NCBI GenBank assembly: GCA_964016885.1
Contig: OZ024740.1
Span: 154,070,001-154,134,000, forward strand
DNA: 64,000 nt
Reading direction: 5' to 3'
Source: Eledone cirrhosa
Lineage: Eukaryota
In this document: one piece after another, positions 39,251 through 54,691 of the stretch
Numbering within the stretch: the first letter of the stretch is position 1
Layout of the letters: the number at the start of each line of letters is the position of its first letter
The notes under the pieces: model-generated
Seen by the model: the letters and a program-made list of their open reading frames with translations, nothing else
Database searches by the model: none
Told to the model about the DNA's origin: nothing
Program-made: the position numbers and the translations under genes

Positions 39251-41508
39251 ACGTTGTTTCGCCAGGGCTTTGTTGAGTGGTCTTGCCGGTGGTTAACATA
39301 ACCAACTTTTGAGAGGAGTACTCGCTGACAGAAATTGCACCCCCAACTATGTACATGTTAATGATGGCTGCCTCCTCGTTATCGAGTATGGCCATTGCAC
39401 GATATAACATTATTAATAGTTATCAATTAATGCCATCGTGCAATGCCTGTGCGTGAAGATATTTTTTAAAGTGAGGAAAGACGGTGCACTGAGCCAATAC
39501 TACTCTCTGAGCGACAGTAGCTATAACCCGAAAAGAAGAAAAGATTAACATCATTGGTATCTACTGAGCCGCAGGTTTTATGTCAGTGTTATCCCAGTTT
39601 CCTGAGTTGCCTTCTTCTAGAAGAATGCCCTGACAAAGGCTAGGGGTCCTTCACGCCCAGTGGTTTAACCGCGTGATCGGGTATCCAGTCCGATTATTTC
39701 TATGTCCCCGCGCATATACATACACATGCATACATGTATATACATATATACATATATACATATATATACACATGTATATATGTCTTTACACATTTTTGAG
39801 TAGCCGTTGACTCTTATGAGTTCTTCCGTCCTTTGTCATGTTCGTTTTTTGTCCTTCAGGGTGTCCAAAATCACCCTCCTCACCAACTAAACTTGGTGAG
39901 GTTGCCGGTTTAGTCGCCGACGAACCGACCATGCGACAGGTTGTACTGGGTTACATGTTACCAGTAGCACTTAAGAGTGACCCAACTGCATACATACATG
40001 CATGCATACATAAATATATACATACAGTCCAATGCACAGCTTTTGATAAATAGATCCATGTGAGATGTCAAATATTTGAAAATATTTGAAAATATTTTGC
40101 AGTATTGATTAGAGATATAAATGGGCCGATTGCCTTGCAATGTTGGCCTCTACTGATTAATAGACCGACGATTATCTATAATGTAATCATGTATTGTGAC
40201 ATGAAAATGCATATTTTAATTAGTTGTAGGTAATTCATTATATTTCGTAATTGATCACAATTATGGTGCTACTATTTGAGAGTACATGATGACAGAATTA
40301 AGCCTGTTTTACTGTAGTATCTATTCTTTCTTGTCATCCAAGTGTGTCATTCAACAATGCCATCCTATGTACATAACACACCTCGCAGTCTGTACCTACA
40401 GTTAGGTTTCCATTTTATTTAATAACTGAGTGGCATAATGCCATAGGTTAAAAAATACAATTAACTAATGCATAGAAACCATTAACATAACTATTAATTT
40501 GTTAGCTAGATTAACTGTTCATTCTCCTGACGTTATAGCTCGAGACAAAGCTTGTTGGTACAATGGATTCCTTTATGCTGGATCACCAAGAGTGATACAA
40601 TTCCTAGCCCGCGTAATAAGGAAGCTGTTGATTGGCTGTTTTCTTAAGAGAAACAATTCTGCTTTATTTAGCATTCTGCTTTATTTATCATTCACATTAC
40701 TTTATATTTACTATTGTATTTTCGCGGAATATCGAATCTATGAGATGTTGATATTATTTATTTTGAGAACAATGTTGACTGAGAAACCAGTTACGGTGGG
40801 TTTGGACAGAAAGAGGTGAGAGAATTCTAGTTGGATTCAGCCGGTTTAAATGCTAAAGGGTTAATTAAACTTGTAATCAGAATCTTAATTTTTAAATTAA
40901 CTCCTTTTTAAAAACAAATCAATTAGACACTTTGATACCCTTTAAGCCTCAAGGAGTTATTCCCCCCGGGCAATGCCAAAGAATTTCTGGTTGTGTAGAT
41001 CAGCACGTTCGAGAACTTGAAAGAGAGTTATATTTTACTGGCGGGCTTAGATTGTGTATCCTGGGAGATAATATATGCTTCTTATGTATTTCTACATGTT
41101 GAATCCAATGAGTTCTTGAATTTCTCTTTTACAAATGTTTGTTGTTTTTCTTCTCCGGTATACGTGCTTAACAATAATAATAATAAAAAAAAAACAATAA
41201 TGGCTGATTAGGAAAACCAATTAATCAGTAAAAGGAGCCCATACCGATTAATCATCAGACTAAACGATAAGGCCGCTACTGATTATCTGCCCAGAAATCA
41301 GTGCAAAACTAATATTAACCATCATTTCTACAAAACGTTCCCAAAGTGAAATAAATTATTTCCGCAAGGAAGAAGGGAATTATAAGGTTTCTATCGGAAC
41401 CTTCATCGGGGAGGAAAGGAAATTAAATATTTACTCATAGTATTGAATAAATAGATTTGAGGGACTGGGAGTGATTGAGAAAGAGCGAAAGAGAGAGTGA
41501 GAGAGAGA

Positions 41509-41547
<39 letters not shown>

Positions 41548-41807
41548 GGGGGAGATGTTGTACTCTGAATGACAAATAAATTTCAACTTTACTCTAGATG
41601 CCCCAAGAATAAATTTCGTATTCTCCAGTGACTAAAATATCACCAATCTATTTTTTCCTAAATTTCACAGATCTTTATCGTCAGGTCTTACTGAGTCAGT
41701 ATTGCGAATAATGACAATAATAATTCTGCATTTCATTGAGCCACCGAGTACTATTACATTGAATCTATGTGAGTGTAGAGTTACAAGAAAGTGTGATTGA
41801 TGAACAA

Positions 41808-41846
<39 letters not shown>

Positions 41847-41929
41847 AAAGTTCTATTTAAACTTGTTGGGATACAACAAGTAAATATTTTTATAACTGAT
41901 ATAAAGCACTCGACAAATTTTGGGAGTAG

Positions 41930-42257
41930 ATATACGATATTAATAAATGGAAACTATATTTATAAAACCATATTTATTTCATTATACATATTTCAGGGAT
42001 ACCACATTAAATTATGGTATGCCTTCATCAGACAAAATACAATATATAACAGTTTTACAAATAGGTTTGACGTACCCTTTTAAAATACAACCATTACTTT
42101 TGGAGGCTGTCTGGATAGTAAAACTGTCTAGATTGTAAAACTGTTATATATTGTATTTTGTCTGATGAAGGCATACCATAATTTAATGTGGTATCCCTGA
42201 AATATGTATAATGAAATAAATATGGTTTTATAAATATAGTTTCCATTTATTAATATC

Positions 42258-42262
<5 letters not shown>
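41930..42262. mobile_element. Inverted-repeat element with a hammerhead in each arm
   Basis: Arms about 41930-42060 and 42133-42262, essentially perfect reverse complements. Confidence 0.82.
42154..42218 (+). ncRNA. Type I hammerhead ribozyme (mirror copy on minus strand at 41975-42039)
   Basis: tattttgt-CTGATGA-aggcataccata-atttaa-tgtggtatccct-GAAA-tatgtat-A-atgaaata. Confidence 0.85.
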
Positions 42263-42290
<28 letters not shown>

Positions 42291-42295
<5 letters not shown>

Positions 42296-42925
42296 TTTAA
42301 AAAATTGGTTGAATTTTGCTTGTTCTGCTTATATTAATATTATAGTTCTGGTATGTCAAATTGATACCATAGAACAACCTTAAATCATAGACAACCTATG
42401 TATTTCCAGGGGTACCTAGTACCCACGGGCTTACTAACTTCTTCTATCACCCTCCATTTGTTGAGAACAATCACGTTGATTCTATTTAGCTGCTATTTTT
42501 AGTAACGAGATAGACAACACGTCTATGTTTTTCCCGCTTTAACCTCGGGTAGTTCACGTACAGGTCATTTTTCGGCCTTTTGGATCTGTGCTAGCTGGCA
42601 GATAACAATATATTTTATCGTTCCTGGGTCTTTAGCCCTAGGAAAGGAAAATGCTTCTCTGATGAGCCTTGATTTTCCATTAGAAATCCATTGGGTCTCT
42701 GGTGTTTTACAAGGCGAAACCGATCGGTAAGAGCCATATGAATAGGTAAATATTTAAATTATATTTTTTAATTTATTTTAAAAAATTGGTTGAATTTTGC
42801 TTGTTCTGCTTATATTAATATTATAGTTCTGGTATGTCAAATTGATACCATAGAACAACCTTAAATCATAGACAACCTATGTATTTCCAGGGGTACCTAG
42901 TACCCACGGGCTTACTAACTTCTTC

Positions 42926-42928
<3 letters not shown>
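42291..42928 (+). mobile_element. Terminally redundant non-coding HHR element (481-bp unit plus 157-bp repeat) in (TA)n
   Basis: 42291-42447 is repeated at 42772-42928; one HHR inside; no ORF. Confidence 0.82.
42653..42734 (+). ncRNA. Type I hammerhead ribozyme, intact core, long stem II insert
   Basis: gcttct-CTGATGA-gccttg...caaggc-GAAA-ccgatcggt-A-agagc; stem III palindrome ACCGATCGGT. Confidence 0.85.
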
Positions 42929-42970
<42 letters not shown>

Positions 42971-43389
42971 TTGTGTGTGTATGCGTTATAGTATATATAT
43001 ATATATATCTATCTATCTCTCTCTCTATATATATATAACAAAGGAATTGTGGTAAGGAATCAGAGGAAATATACATACCTTCACATATATATATTTCTGA
43101 AGACAACATATATATGTGAAAGTATGTATATTTTCTCTGATAGTTTGTAATATTTTTACATAGATCTATATGATATACATACCAACACACATATATATCC
43201 TAGAAACAATTGTAAAATGATGAATTTTTTAATATAAGGAACTTGTTCTTTGTTTTTATTCATTGTTTTTATTAATTTATCTTGACTCTGTTTTCCTATG
43301 ATGTTCATCGAAAACTTTTGAATGCATCTTCTCTTTTCATGATATTTGGATTACATTGAGTTCTTCATAGGGATTGGACACTACCGTAT

Positions 43390-44130
<741 letters not shown>

Positions 44131-45663
44131 TATGTATGTGTCCGTGTATAATCGATGGGGTGGTTAAGAGATGTTAGTCAAAGAAATCACTATAAAAAGT
44201 TTTGTAAAAAATGATGAGTATATAATAAATACATAAATAATGAATAATGATGATAATATTGTTTTTTATTTGCCACAAGGGCACCAATAATTATAATCTT
44301 CAAAGAGAATTTCTGTTACTGTAGAAATATCCAGTGAAGCGTTAAATGACGTAAAAATTGAGTGAAGTGGAAACAAAATATATCTATTAATTATCTGCTG
44401 ATTTATACATAATCTATTATCATCAAAGCATCTGGATGATTTTTATCTACCTATCAATCAATATATTGATCGGTTTTGATAATCATATCGGAATTTTTAT
44501 ACACGCGTGTATGTGTGAGTCTGTGGTAGAGTGTGTGTGAATTGTAGAAAATCAGTCAAAAGTAATGAACTCAAATGTACGTATGTCTTGCCGTTAGAAT
44601 ATGGCTGGGGGAAAAGAACCTAGTTACATGTGTTGTACGAACTATGTTTTTTTTTCTGATACAAGCTTCCGGCACACGGTATCACGCCGTTAGACTAAAT
44701 GTTTTTAAGGTTTGTTTTGTCTCAGTGGTTCGTTTAGTGGAATTTATAGTTCAGGGTCGTAACGAAAGAGTGAAGCACGGCCTATTTCGTACTGGGATTA
44801 TAGTCGCTGCAGATAGCAATATTTTTCTTACACAGAAACTACGTAATATGACAGCTGCAGCTTCATAACGTTTATCTTCCCCATTTCGTTAGCTGGTGCG
44901 ACCTGTGGTTGGATTATGGAATATAAGTTGCCGGTCGATGGTTGGTTTAGCGGAAATTATGACTGAAGGCGGGTGGCTTATTGATGAGTGCTTGGATTGA
45001 CAATTATGAGGTTGTGAGATCGATTTCCAGACCGAACAGTGTGTTGTGACCTTAAGCAAGACACTTGATTTGACTATGCTCCAGCGGTGTGAGGAATTAT
45101 TATCCCTTTCCACTGTATTACCAATATCGTAAGCTTTAGGAACAAAACGATCTGTTGCTAAGGCCATCTCACATTCCTCTACAAAAGGATGAGCTGGAGA
45201 TATCCTTATTTTAATTTTATCGTTGTTGTTGTTTTTGTGTTTATGACGAAGATGATGATGATGACAACGATGACGACAATAATGACCATTATGTTGACTA
45301 CAGCATTATCATCATTAACATCATCGCTATTATCATCATGGTAATGTCGACGCCCACAACGATGTAGATAAGCATAATGAGGAAGACATGTGGAGGAGAT
45401 GTAGGGTGGCGGTTGTGGTAGGAGGGTTGTGAAGGGCAGGACCGTGTGGAGGAGAGGGAAAGAAGCGAGAAGAAAAAGAAGAATGAGGTGTAAGATGATG
45501 AAGAGGAGGAGGAGCAAGAGGAGGAGGAGGTAGTGTTGGCAACAGAGAGCAAAACGAATTACGCAATTGATTCCAATAGAAACATTCTCGATTATCATTT
45601 CTAGGAGTGTCAATATGTGCAAATATGTATACATGAATATTGCTTGTATATGTTTGTGAATAC

Positions 45664-45732
<69 letters not shown>

Positions 45733-45829
45733 AGATTGATATGAAATATATCTATAAATATATTTACATATGCAGTAGATATATTTATAACTATGACTTA
45801 CGTTAAGCCATACACACACGCAAACACGT

Positions 45830-45884
45830 ATCTAAATATATATATGCGCGCGCGCGCGTGTGTGTATGTGTGTGTGTGCGTGTT

Positions 45885-45919
<35 letters not shown>

Positions 45920-46099
45920 GCATATGTATGTGTGTGTGTGTTCCTATGTATGTATATATGTATATATTATATATATATATATGTATACATGTAATATGAT
46001 TCCTGGCTTGCTGGTCAAGTTTAAAAGTTTAATCTCTATATATGTACACACATATGTGCGTGTATAAATATAGATATACATATATACATATATATACGC

Positions 46100-46163
<64 letters not shown>

Positions 46164-46185
46164 TGTGTGTGTGCGTGTGTGTGTT

Positions 46186-46220
<35 letters not shown>

Positions 46221-46390
46221 GCATATGTGTGTGTGTGTTCATATGTATGTATATATGTATATATATATATGTATACATGTAATATGATGTCCTGGCTTGC
46301 TGGTCAAGTTTAAACTCTATATATGTACACACACATATGTGTGTGTATAAATATAGATATACATATATATATATATATATATATGTGTGT
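45830..46390. repeat. About 288-bp tandem duplication of a microsatellite-rich block
   Basis: gtaatatga..cctggcttgctggtcaagtttaaa at about 45991 and 46279. Confidence 0.75.
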
Positions 46391-47057
46391 GTACACGAAA
46401 CATTTCCATTAACCATTCTATATTTTAACCCTCCTGCATACTTCAAGATAACACTGTCTCTAATCCATTTTAATACAGTTGACACAGGTGTTGATTTAAG
46501 ATTACATTCAGCAATTTCATATCTAAAATACTTAGTGATAGTTTCAGATTTTGATGTAAATAAAAATGATATACCATTATTGACAAGAACGACATTTTTT
46601 GCCTAGCATAACTATAGTGAACAGGAAAATATGTTAATCTCATTTAATAATATTGAAATTTTTTCATAGATCAAATATATTTTAACTTACACATAGATAC
46701 ATAGACATATAGTCTCATCTATTCAATAAGTTTTTTTTTTGGTACACAACATAGAGTAATGGTTAAGAATTTCTCATTGCAGGCATAAAGTTCCCGGTTC
46801 AACCCCATTGTGTGTCATATTGGGCAAGCGTCATTTACTTTAGCCTCGAGTTGATCCAAACTTAATGAGGGAAAATTGATATACATAAATTGTTTTGAAA
46901 CCCATTGTATAGAGCAATCCTATGAGGGTCAGTCGTGTCACACGCTGTGTCACGTATAAGCGTAACGTAATTCTCAGGGAGATTCAGCGTGATTGGTCAC
47001 CTGCAGGATTGAGCTCCATGTGATAGAATGGCTATTTCAACAAATCTCCATCGCCCT

Positions 47058-47162
<105 letters not shown>

Positions 47163-47391
47163 GAAGATTTCGGGTGTAATCCAATAATAAATATACAGAC
47201 TAAAAAATAGAATAAGATCCGTTAGTATAAGACTGTGCTGACACAAAATACATATCATTTTCTAAAACATGAATAAGGGTGAAATGGACAAATTAAAAAA
47301 ACACTAATTAGCATTTTCATCTTTAAGATTTCAATACATTCACGTCTAAACGCAAGCACACATTACTCCACTCTAGACACGACGAAATAAT

Positions 47392-47611
47392 GATTTCTAC
47401 TATAGGCACAGGGTCAGTAATTTGGGGAAAGGGGAAAGTCGATTAAATCGACCCCAATACATTACTGGTACTTCATTTTATCGACCCCGTAAGGATGAAA
47501 GGCAAAGTTAACTTCGGCGGGATTTGAACTCAGACCATAAACGGTCATAAGTCTATGCTGCAAAGCATGGCGTCCGACCCTCTACCGATACTGCCAATCT
47601 CCTGCCAATCC
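47392..47611 (-). mobile_element. SINE family 1 (OK-like)
   Basis: 15-bp TSD acacgacgaaataat (47377-47391, 47612-47626). Confidence 0.82.
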
Positions 47612-47626
47612 ACACGACGAAATAAT

Positions 47627-48170
47627 AAAACCGAAATCCCAACCACCCGCCTATGATCATAAAACACATTACAGACAATATTAATAGTTGTATAGCTAAC
47701 CGCTCGCCGGATAGAGTTATAAGTAATAAACCTGCTCCATACTACAATACAGTCTTAGAAGTGGGTTTATCGACAAACACAACTGCCTTGAACAACTCAT
47801 ATGAAATATTACTAAATATAAGCAACCTCGTATAATTTAAATATATTGAGAAATGTTGCAAGGATCTTCTTAACATTGATTAGTCCCCACTTTTTTACTT
47901 CACACAGCTATTACAAAATTTTCAATAAAAATTTTGTGAAGACTAACAGCTGTTATATGAAGAATAACGGATCACAAATCTCTAACTAAAATAAACTCCA
48001 TAAACATCACATAAACAACCAAATCTGGATATAATTGCAGAAACACCGCTACTTTCCCTGTGGATTGAAAACTGCAGTCATAAAAAATAGTACAGTAAAG
48101 TACAGTAAAGTCGGATACCAGCTTAACCAAGAACAATTTAAAGACTAGATTAAGCCCATATGGTATGCCA
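47627..48170 (+). pseudogene. Highly decayed Penelope RT C-terminal/linker fragment
   Basis: NHPPMIIKHI...APYY..VL..G, LLTLISPHF, YYKIFNKN, NCRN remnants. Confidence 0.55.
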
Positions 48171-48208
48171 TAAACTACATATGTAATTGTACGTATTCTT
48201 ATGTATAC

Positions 48209-48395
<187 letters not shown>

Positions 48396-49354
48396 TATAA
48401 TTCAAGGAAGCAACAAACAGAGGTATAAAAAAACTTATTAGTTTCACACTATATATATATCTAAGCATGTATACACGCACATAGTTACATTTGAATGGGG
48501 ATGTACACATAAAATATATAAGTGCACACGTCCCTCTATACTACGTGTACAGCAGATATTCTTTGATAATAAATGTGCCGAAATCAACGTTTCTTCAATT
48601 TTCATGCGATATATCTACGATAACATGTGAAAACTATTTAGCAGATATCAGATTCAGTATGTAATTCAAAGACTGTTTATCAATTTTTTTCTCATTTATG
48701 GTCTTTTGTATGGATATATATATATATGCGTGTGTGTACGTGTGTGTGTGTGTGTCTGTATGTGTGCCTGTGTGTGTGTATTTAACATCGGTGTTTCTTT
48801 GTGTATAAAATTTATGTAAATGATATCTGTTTATGCATGATATGTATACGTAGGTAAACATTTGTCGTGTTTTTGGATTTGTATTCAAATTAAATCACTC
48901 TCTCTCTCTCTCTCTCCCTCTCGATATATGTATATATGCGTGTATCTGTGTATGTGTTTGTAATTTTATATTTTGTACGCTTAAATTTAAGTCAAATTTC
49001 GTTTATATCATGTTTTTGTATATTCTCTATAATTTTTTTTTTTCTGAAAGTGTCTTGTTACTGCTGTAATTAATGTTTTCACGCAGATTGACTTACACAT
49101 GCTATCAACATATTCGCATATATTACATTATATTACACACACACTCCCCTACCACCACTCATACACCCCCACACACGCATACAAATAATATTGAATGAGA
49201 AAGGCCAGGAAAGACAGCCAAACGTAAATGTATATGTGCGCTTGCTAATGCACATTTTCTCAGAGACTCGCATCAGAGCATATTAAAATTATATTTGTGA
49301 AAAGCAAACATGACAAGAAAAAATGCTTGTCTATTTACTTTGATGTCGCGACTA

Positions 49355-49417
49355 CAGTTCCGCTGAGTAATCACAGTTTATGAGCACAGTGAGAAGTCTC
49401 ATCTCATCAGGGAACTG
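49355..49417 (-). ncRNA. Degenerate hammerhead (probably inactive)
   Basis: Minus strand: cagttcc-CTGATGA-gatgag..ctca-TAAA-ctg..cagc-ggaactg; perfect 7-bp stem I, but GAAA and the NUH site are damaged. Confidence 0.45.
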
Positions 49418-49574
49418 CTCAATCAAGAAAAATACTTCCGAGTTTTTTGCTACAGTGTTAATTTCGAATGGAAGAATCATCCCGTGATTAACGCTCGACA
49501 GAAGGGCAGTAGTAGGTGGACAATGGCAAGTAATGGGGCTGCTCAGGGTCAAACTTACTCTAACTATAATACTA

Positions 49575-50990
49575 AAAGGTATTATTATTTAATTTCTGTA
49601 CTGCAGAATCAATGTTATTTCTACATGGTTCTGATGCTATCTACAATTGAGTAACTTTTCATTAATTGAATAATATTTATGTTGACATTAGTGGGTTTGT
49701 TAAGGAGGTCAGAAAAGTGTTCTACCCAACGATTCTGAATTGAAACAATAACAATCAGAGTGACTGATTATCTGCAATTCTTACTGGTGCTATTGAAGAA
49801 TATTGTGGACCATACACTTCTTTAATATACGAGAAAAATGTCTTAGTATCCTTGCGATCCATTGCCTTTTGTGCTTGCTTGGCTTTTTCCTGCTTCATAT
49901 TTCACAAAGCATTTTGTACTTTTCTCTTTAGTCACTTATAATAAATATCACAATTAGGATTGATTAATCGAGAAAGAATTTGTTGACAAAGATTTTGCTT
50001 TTCCCTAAGACATATTTCAAGGCTGTTATCTGCAACCTTGTCATTAGATCTCTTTGATATCATACCTATTAATGCATATGCTACTTGGAAGACTTTTATC
50101 TTAAAATTTCCCAAAGGATTGCTCGGGGCAATTGTAAATAGCATCGAAAGACTTGAACTTTGCCACATTAAGTTACATTGGTACTTTAGACCCAGGATGT
50201 GTAACTTTTGGTATTATAGTTAGAGTAAGTTTGACCCTGAGTAGTTATCAGTCCAGCAGTCTGCTCTTCTCGTTGTGCGCACACTAAACACATCTACATC
50301 ACATTGGAACTAAAATATAATCAATGAGAAGCAAATCTTTAGACGTTGTGTATCAAAATTGTTTTTTATTGATCTTTCTGTTGAAAGAAAGTGTTTATTA
50401 CAAATTGATGTTCAGTGCAAAAAGTAAGGAGTGAAACACCATTTCAGTTACATTTTCCTACACCATGTTTACCTAAGACATGCCATGTTATAAAATCAAA
50501 TCCAACTCTCGAGTTAAAGTCACCCACTAGTTTATCAGCAACTGGCATATTCTTCACTAATTCTCCAAGTTCGTTGTAGAATTGATCAATAGATTCTTTT
50601 AGTATGACATTGTATGAGCGTAAACTCTCATTGTTAGTTATCTTCCTTTTTTTCAGTTGTTTTGAGGACTCACTAGATAATTTTCAAAAGATGAAATGAG
50701 AGAGTTGTTAACAGTCAAGCCAACACGATATTCTTTCCTTTGACCTTCTGCTACACCTTTGCAAAAGGTTGGGTAACCAAATCCACTTTCATTGAAGAGA
50801 CCATCTTTATGTAGGCGTGTTTCAGATAGTTCTACTATATTTAATAAATATCTTTTCAACTCAAGGCCGATTAATCCGGCTCGTCTCTTTGGTCTTTGAA
50901 TCAAATTGTCGTCCACTGGAGTATGCACATTCCAACAAGTAAGTTTCATACTATGTTTAACCTTCTTGTGTTGTCGATTGACTACAGTAG
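49575..50990 (-). mobile_element. Decayed RTE/BovB-like LINE, endonuclease region
   Basis: MKLTCWNVHT...RPKRRAGLIGLELKRY..NIVELSETRL; ADCWTD motif near 50245-50265. Confidence 0.75.
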
Positions 50991-51736
50991 TAGGATAACG
51001 ACTGGGCCCAGCCTGCAGTGCACTGGGGCACCTGTCGAACGAGACAACTATTAATACATCAACTGGGCTTGCCCAAACCTACGCATGCGCAATAATGTGA
51101 TTCCTTTTGTCTCCCACGGAAATAAAATGAAATCGGAAACTGCTTATACGTATATATATATATATGAGCAAAGATTGTTGCCTCTGATCGAAACGAAGTG
51201 AGAGTATATTTGAATTCATAGAAAAATGTGAAAACTCATCGATATAACAGCTGTTTTGTTTGTTTTATCATACACACAACATACCCACAGACAGACTATT
51301 TTTCTGTTGCACGATCCAGCATTTTAAAAATGCTACTCTCAATTAAATCGTGCGAAACCATTTTGCTGGTTTGAGAGTTGATGAGGGTGAAGATGTGTGC
51401 GTGAACTTGTCTTATTTCTTTCTTCCAGTCTCTTCTATTCGCCAGCACACTTCTTGTCCTCCTCCTATCTCAATCTTTTCTATATTTCATCTGCCGGTCA
51501 CCCACTTCGTGCACTGTCGCTCTGCTGACCACTGGTCTCTGTCCTCTGAAACATGTTTGCCCATTGACAGTATTTGGCTGTTTTAACTGCTAATCTAGTG
51601 ATGGGTTTTCTCATTTTCTATGAATTCGAATATATAAATACGCTATGAAGAAGAGAAAATGGTGGGAGACCAATCAAGAGTAAAGAAAAAATGAGAATGT
51701 TTGTGTGTGGGAAGGGTACATATTTTATTTTTTTAT

Positions 51737-51807
51737 ACTTTGAGGACTAGTTCAGATTCTTATTATAAGAATATACCAGAGAAAGAAACAGAACTAGTTC
51801 TGTAAGT
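51737..51807 (+). ncRNA. Degenerate hammerhead-like motif with long palindromic stem III
   Basis: act-tTGAGGA-ctagt..attctta/taagaat..accag-agaaa-GAAA-cagaactagttctgt-A-agt. Confidence 0.45.
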
Positions 51808-51905
51808 CTTGTTAATATAATAAAATAAAATATATCATTTCTATTTCATATATTAAGTATTTCCCTATCATTATGGTTCTCTCCGCTTATATGAGAACAA
51901 ACAAT

Positions 51906-51937
<32 letters not shown>

Positions 51938-52546
51938 CATACATACATACATACAAACATACATACATACATACATACATACATACATACACGCATAATA
52001 TATATCCATACATATGTATGGAAAAATATTATATAGGTGTATAATATCGATTAATCAATACTATCTATGTATATCTGTGTATTAGTTTCACCTGTGTACT
52101 TGAGATAAAGTGCCTGTGAGTATATATTGTATACACACACACACATACACACATACAAGAATACATATATACATACATACATATATACATACATACATAT
52201 ATATGCATACATAATACATACATACATACATACATACATACATACATACATACATACATACATACATACATGTATATATATTTATAGAGAGAGAGTGAGA
52301 GAGAGAAAGAAAGATAGAGGGGAGAGAGAGAGAGACAGGAGGGGAGTCAGAGAGTAATCAGGTGGCAGAGAGAAATTGGTGTGGTATCAGCGGAGGGGTA
52401 AGCATAAATTGTCCCGTACATTTTATCGATTAGCTTCTATTAATAAACAAACAAATATATACATATATATTTCTCCCTCCAGGGAATGTTGCGTCAATAA
52501 CGAAATGTCAAACTTCTGTGACCCTGATATTTTAGATGTTTTTAAA

Positions 52547-52561
52547 CTACTACTACTACTC

Positions 52562-52600
<39 letters not shown>

Positions 52601-52627
52601 TTGCTGCTGCTGCTGCTGCTACTACCG

Positions 52628-52684
<57 letters not shown>

Positions 52685-52702
52685 ATACTACTACTACTAC
52701 TA
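52547..52702. repeat. (CTA)n/(CTG)n microsatellite
   Basis: Direct reading. Confidence 0.97.
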
Positions 52703-52992
52703 TTCCCCTTCTCAAACTCCTCCAACCGTTCTTTTTCTCTCTTCTCTTGATCTCTAATTCCTTTGGTTTATTGTTGATGTTGGACCTCTGTTGATTCCGA
52801 TGTCGAGTGTTTAAGTTGTTCTATCAACGAAATAGCCTGATCGTGATATCGCCAAGTGGCTGTACATTCCACAAACATGTGCACTCATAACGAAGTTCTC
52901 GTGGTGGTTCAACGGGACTCAGTGTGAAATAAGGATGGTCCTTTGAATTACAAGTACAACTCATTTAATGGACTGAAGTAACCTCAAATAAT

Positions 52993-53075
52993 TGTTTCTA
53001 CTTTAGGCACAAGGCCAGCAATTAACCAGTACATTACTGGTACTTTATTTTATCGACCCCATAAGGATGAAAGGT
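52993..53075 (-). mobile_element. SINE family 1, 5'-truncated
   Basis: 17-bp TSD aagtaacctcaaataat (52976-52992, 53077-53093). Confidence 0.8.
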
Positions 53076-53148
53076 AAAGTAACCTCAAATAATGTGTCTT
53101 GACACAACGTCTCGCCGTGAACGTCCTTGTGATCGTGATCCGAACACC

Positions 53149-53400
53149 TAAGGCGTGTGGCTTAGTGGTTTATGAATTAGATTCCAAATTGTGAGGTTGA
53201 AAGTTCGATTCCCGGACCGGGCGATGCGTTAAGTCCTTTAGAAAAAAAACATTTTTTTTTCATGTTGCTCTTTGTGCCAGGATTTCCGACCGGTAGATAG
53301 TATCAGCAATCGAAAGACCAATAGAAACATTGTTCCTGTGGTCCGATTTGACGAGGACCAGCCAGCAAATGAGGTGTGGTATCTTGTCGATCGACTTTCT
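53149..53400 (+). mobile_element. SINE family 2
   Basis: tggcttagtgg A box, gttcgattcc B box; body homologous to 23261-23481. Confidence 0.72.
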
Positions 53401-54571
53401 TTATATACAAGTTACCGAGAGATACTCTACCAGCGTGATCGCTTGATTAACTAGAAACAGCAGTAAAATCTCCTTCGAATTATGCTACGCCACCTTGAAA
53501 AAGGGACAGAATTATACTTTGGCTAATGTATTCCAAGATATCCCTAAATTAAATGAGAATGTCTCCGCTGAAGCGCCTTTGATCAGCGGTCTTTCTGGAT
53601 CGGGTTTAACCTGGGAGATAAAACAAAAGCAAATTCTACTACTACTACCACCAAAACCTCCACCACCACCACCACTACCACCACTACTACTATACTGCTG
53701 TTGATGCGGATGCATGAAACAGGCTCTTCTCACGCCGAAGAGATGATAACTTAAACCCATCCTACCTAATTGTAAATAAACATTTATTTATTTTTAAGCT
53801 GGTTTTGAAGTGATTCTTTATCAGTGTTGAGATTGCTAAAAAAAATTGACGTACATTTAAGCAGAAAAAAAATATTTCTTTAAATTTACTTTTTTTATCT
53901 TTCCTGCGTCGATAAAATAAATACCAGTCAATTATCGAAAATCGACATAATCGATTATATCCCTTCCTCACAAGGGGTAGCTTTGTTGCCAAAAAAAGAA
54001 AGGTCTTTGGTTGGCAAAATCCTTAAAGCATCAGATAAATTCTTTTGCAGAATTTATTCCGGTGCTCTACCGCCTGTGTTCAAATCCCGCCCAGGTTAAA
54101 ATTGCCTTTCATCTTTTCGCAGTCGATTAAAGAAAGTAGTGGTAAAGTTTGTGGTTGATCTAAATCGATTGAACCCTCCCACAAAAATTGTGTTTTCATT
54201 AACTCATTCCATTTGAATTTTTTACCTGAAAAAAAAAATTAATAATTTTCTTCTACGGAACATTCTGGAATACTCTGTGTTTCTCCACATTCCGAGAAAG
54301 ACATACTACCTATTAGATTTGGACATTTATGAACGTAATTGAATTTATTTGCATTCTACTTTAAATGGCTTCCCGTTCGAAAAACAGCACCTAATCAGAA
54401 AACATTAAATGAACGCGACAGCAAAGATAACAAACGAAAAAAAAAAAACGAAAAGAATTAATTACTCAGCTGGACGTATGAATTCAATACAGAAAAATAA
54501 ATAATTACTTTTTGACTGATAATAACATTAATTCGAACATTTTGAACGATACTGGGATTATCAACAATAAC

Positions 54572-54691
<120 letters not shown>

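Noticed and set aside
39530-39712. Possible HDV-like ribozyme at an RTE-like 5' end (minus strand)
   Set aside because: Could not assign P1-P4, the nested pseudoknot or the catalytic C by eye.
41330-41420. CCGATGA...GAAA on the minus strand
   Set aside because: No convincing stem I or stem III; the GAAA falls inside the putative stem II.
44260-44295. Tiny minus-strand match to the Tx1 3' end (gcccttgtggcaaataaa)
   Set aside because: Probably an extremely truncated LINE insertion, but too short to call.
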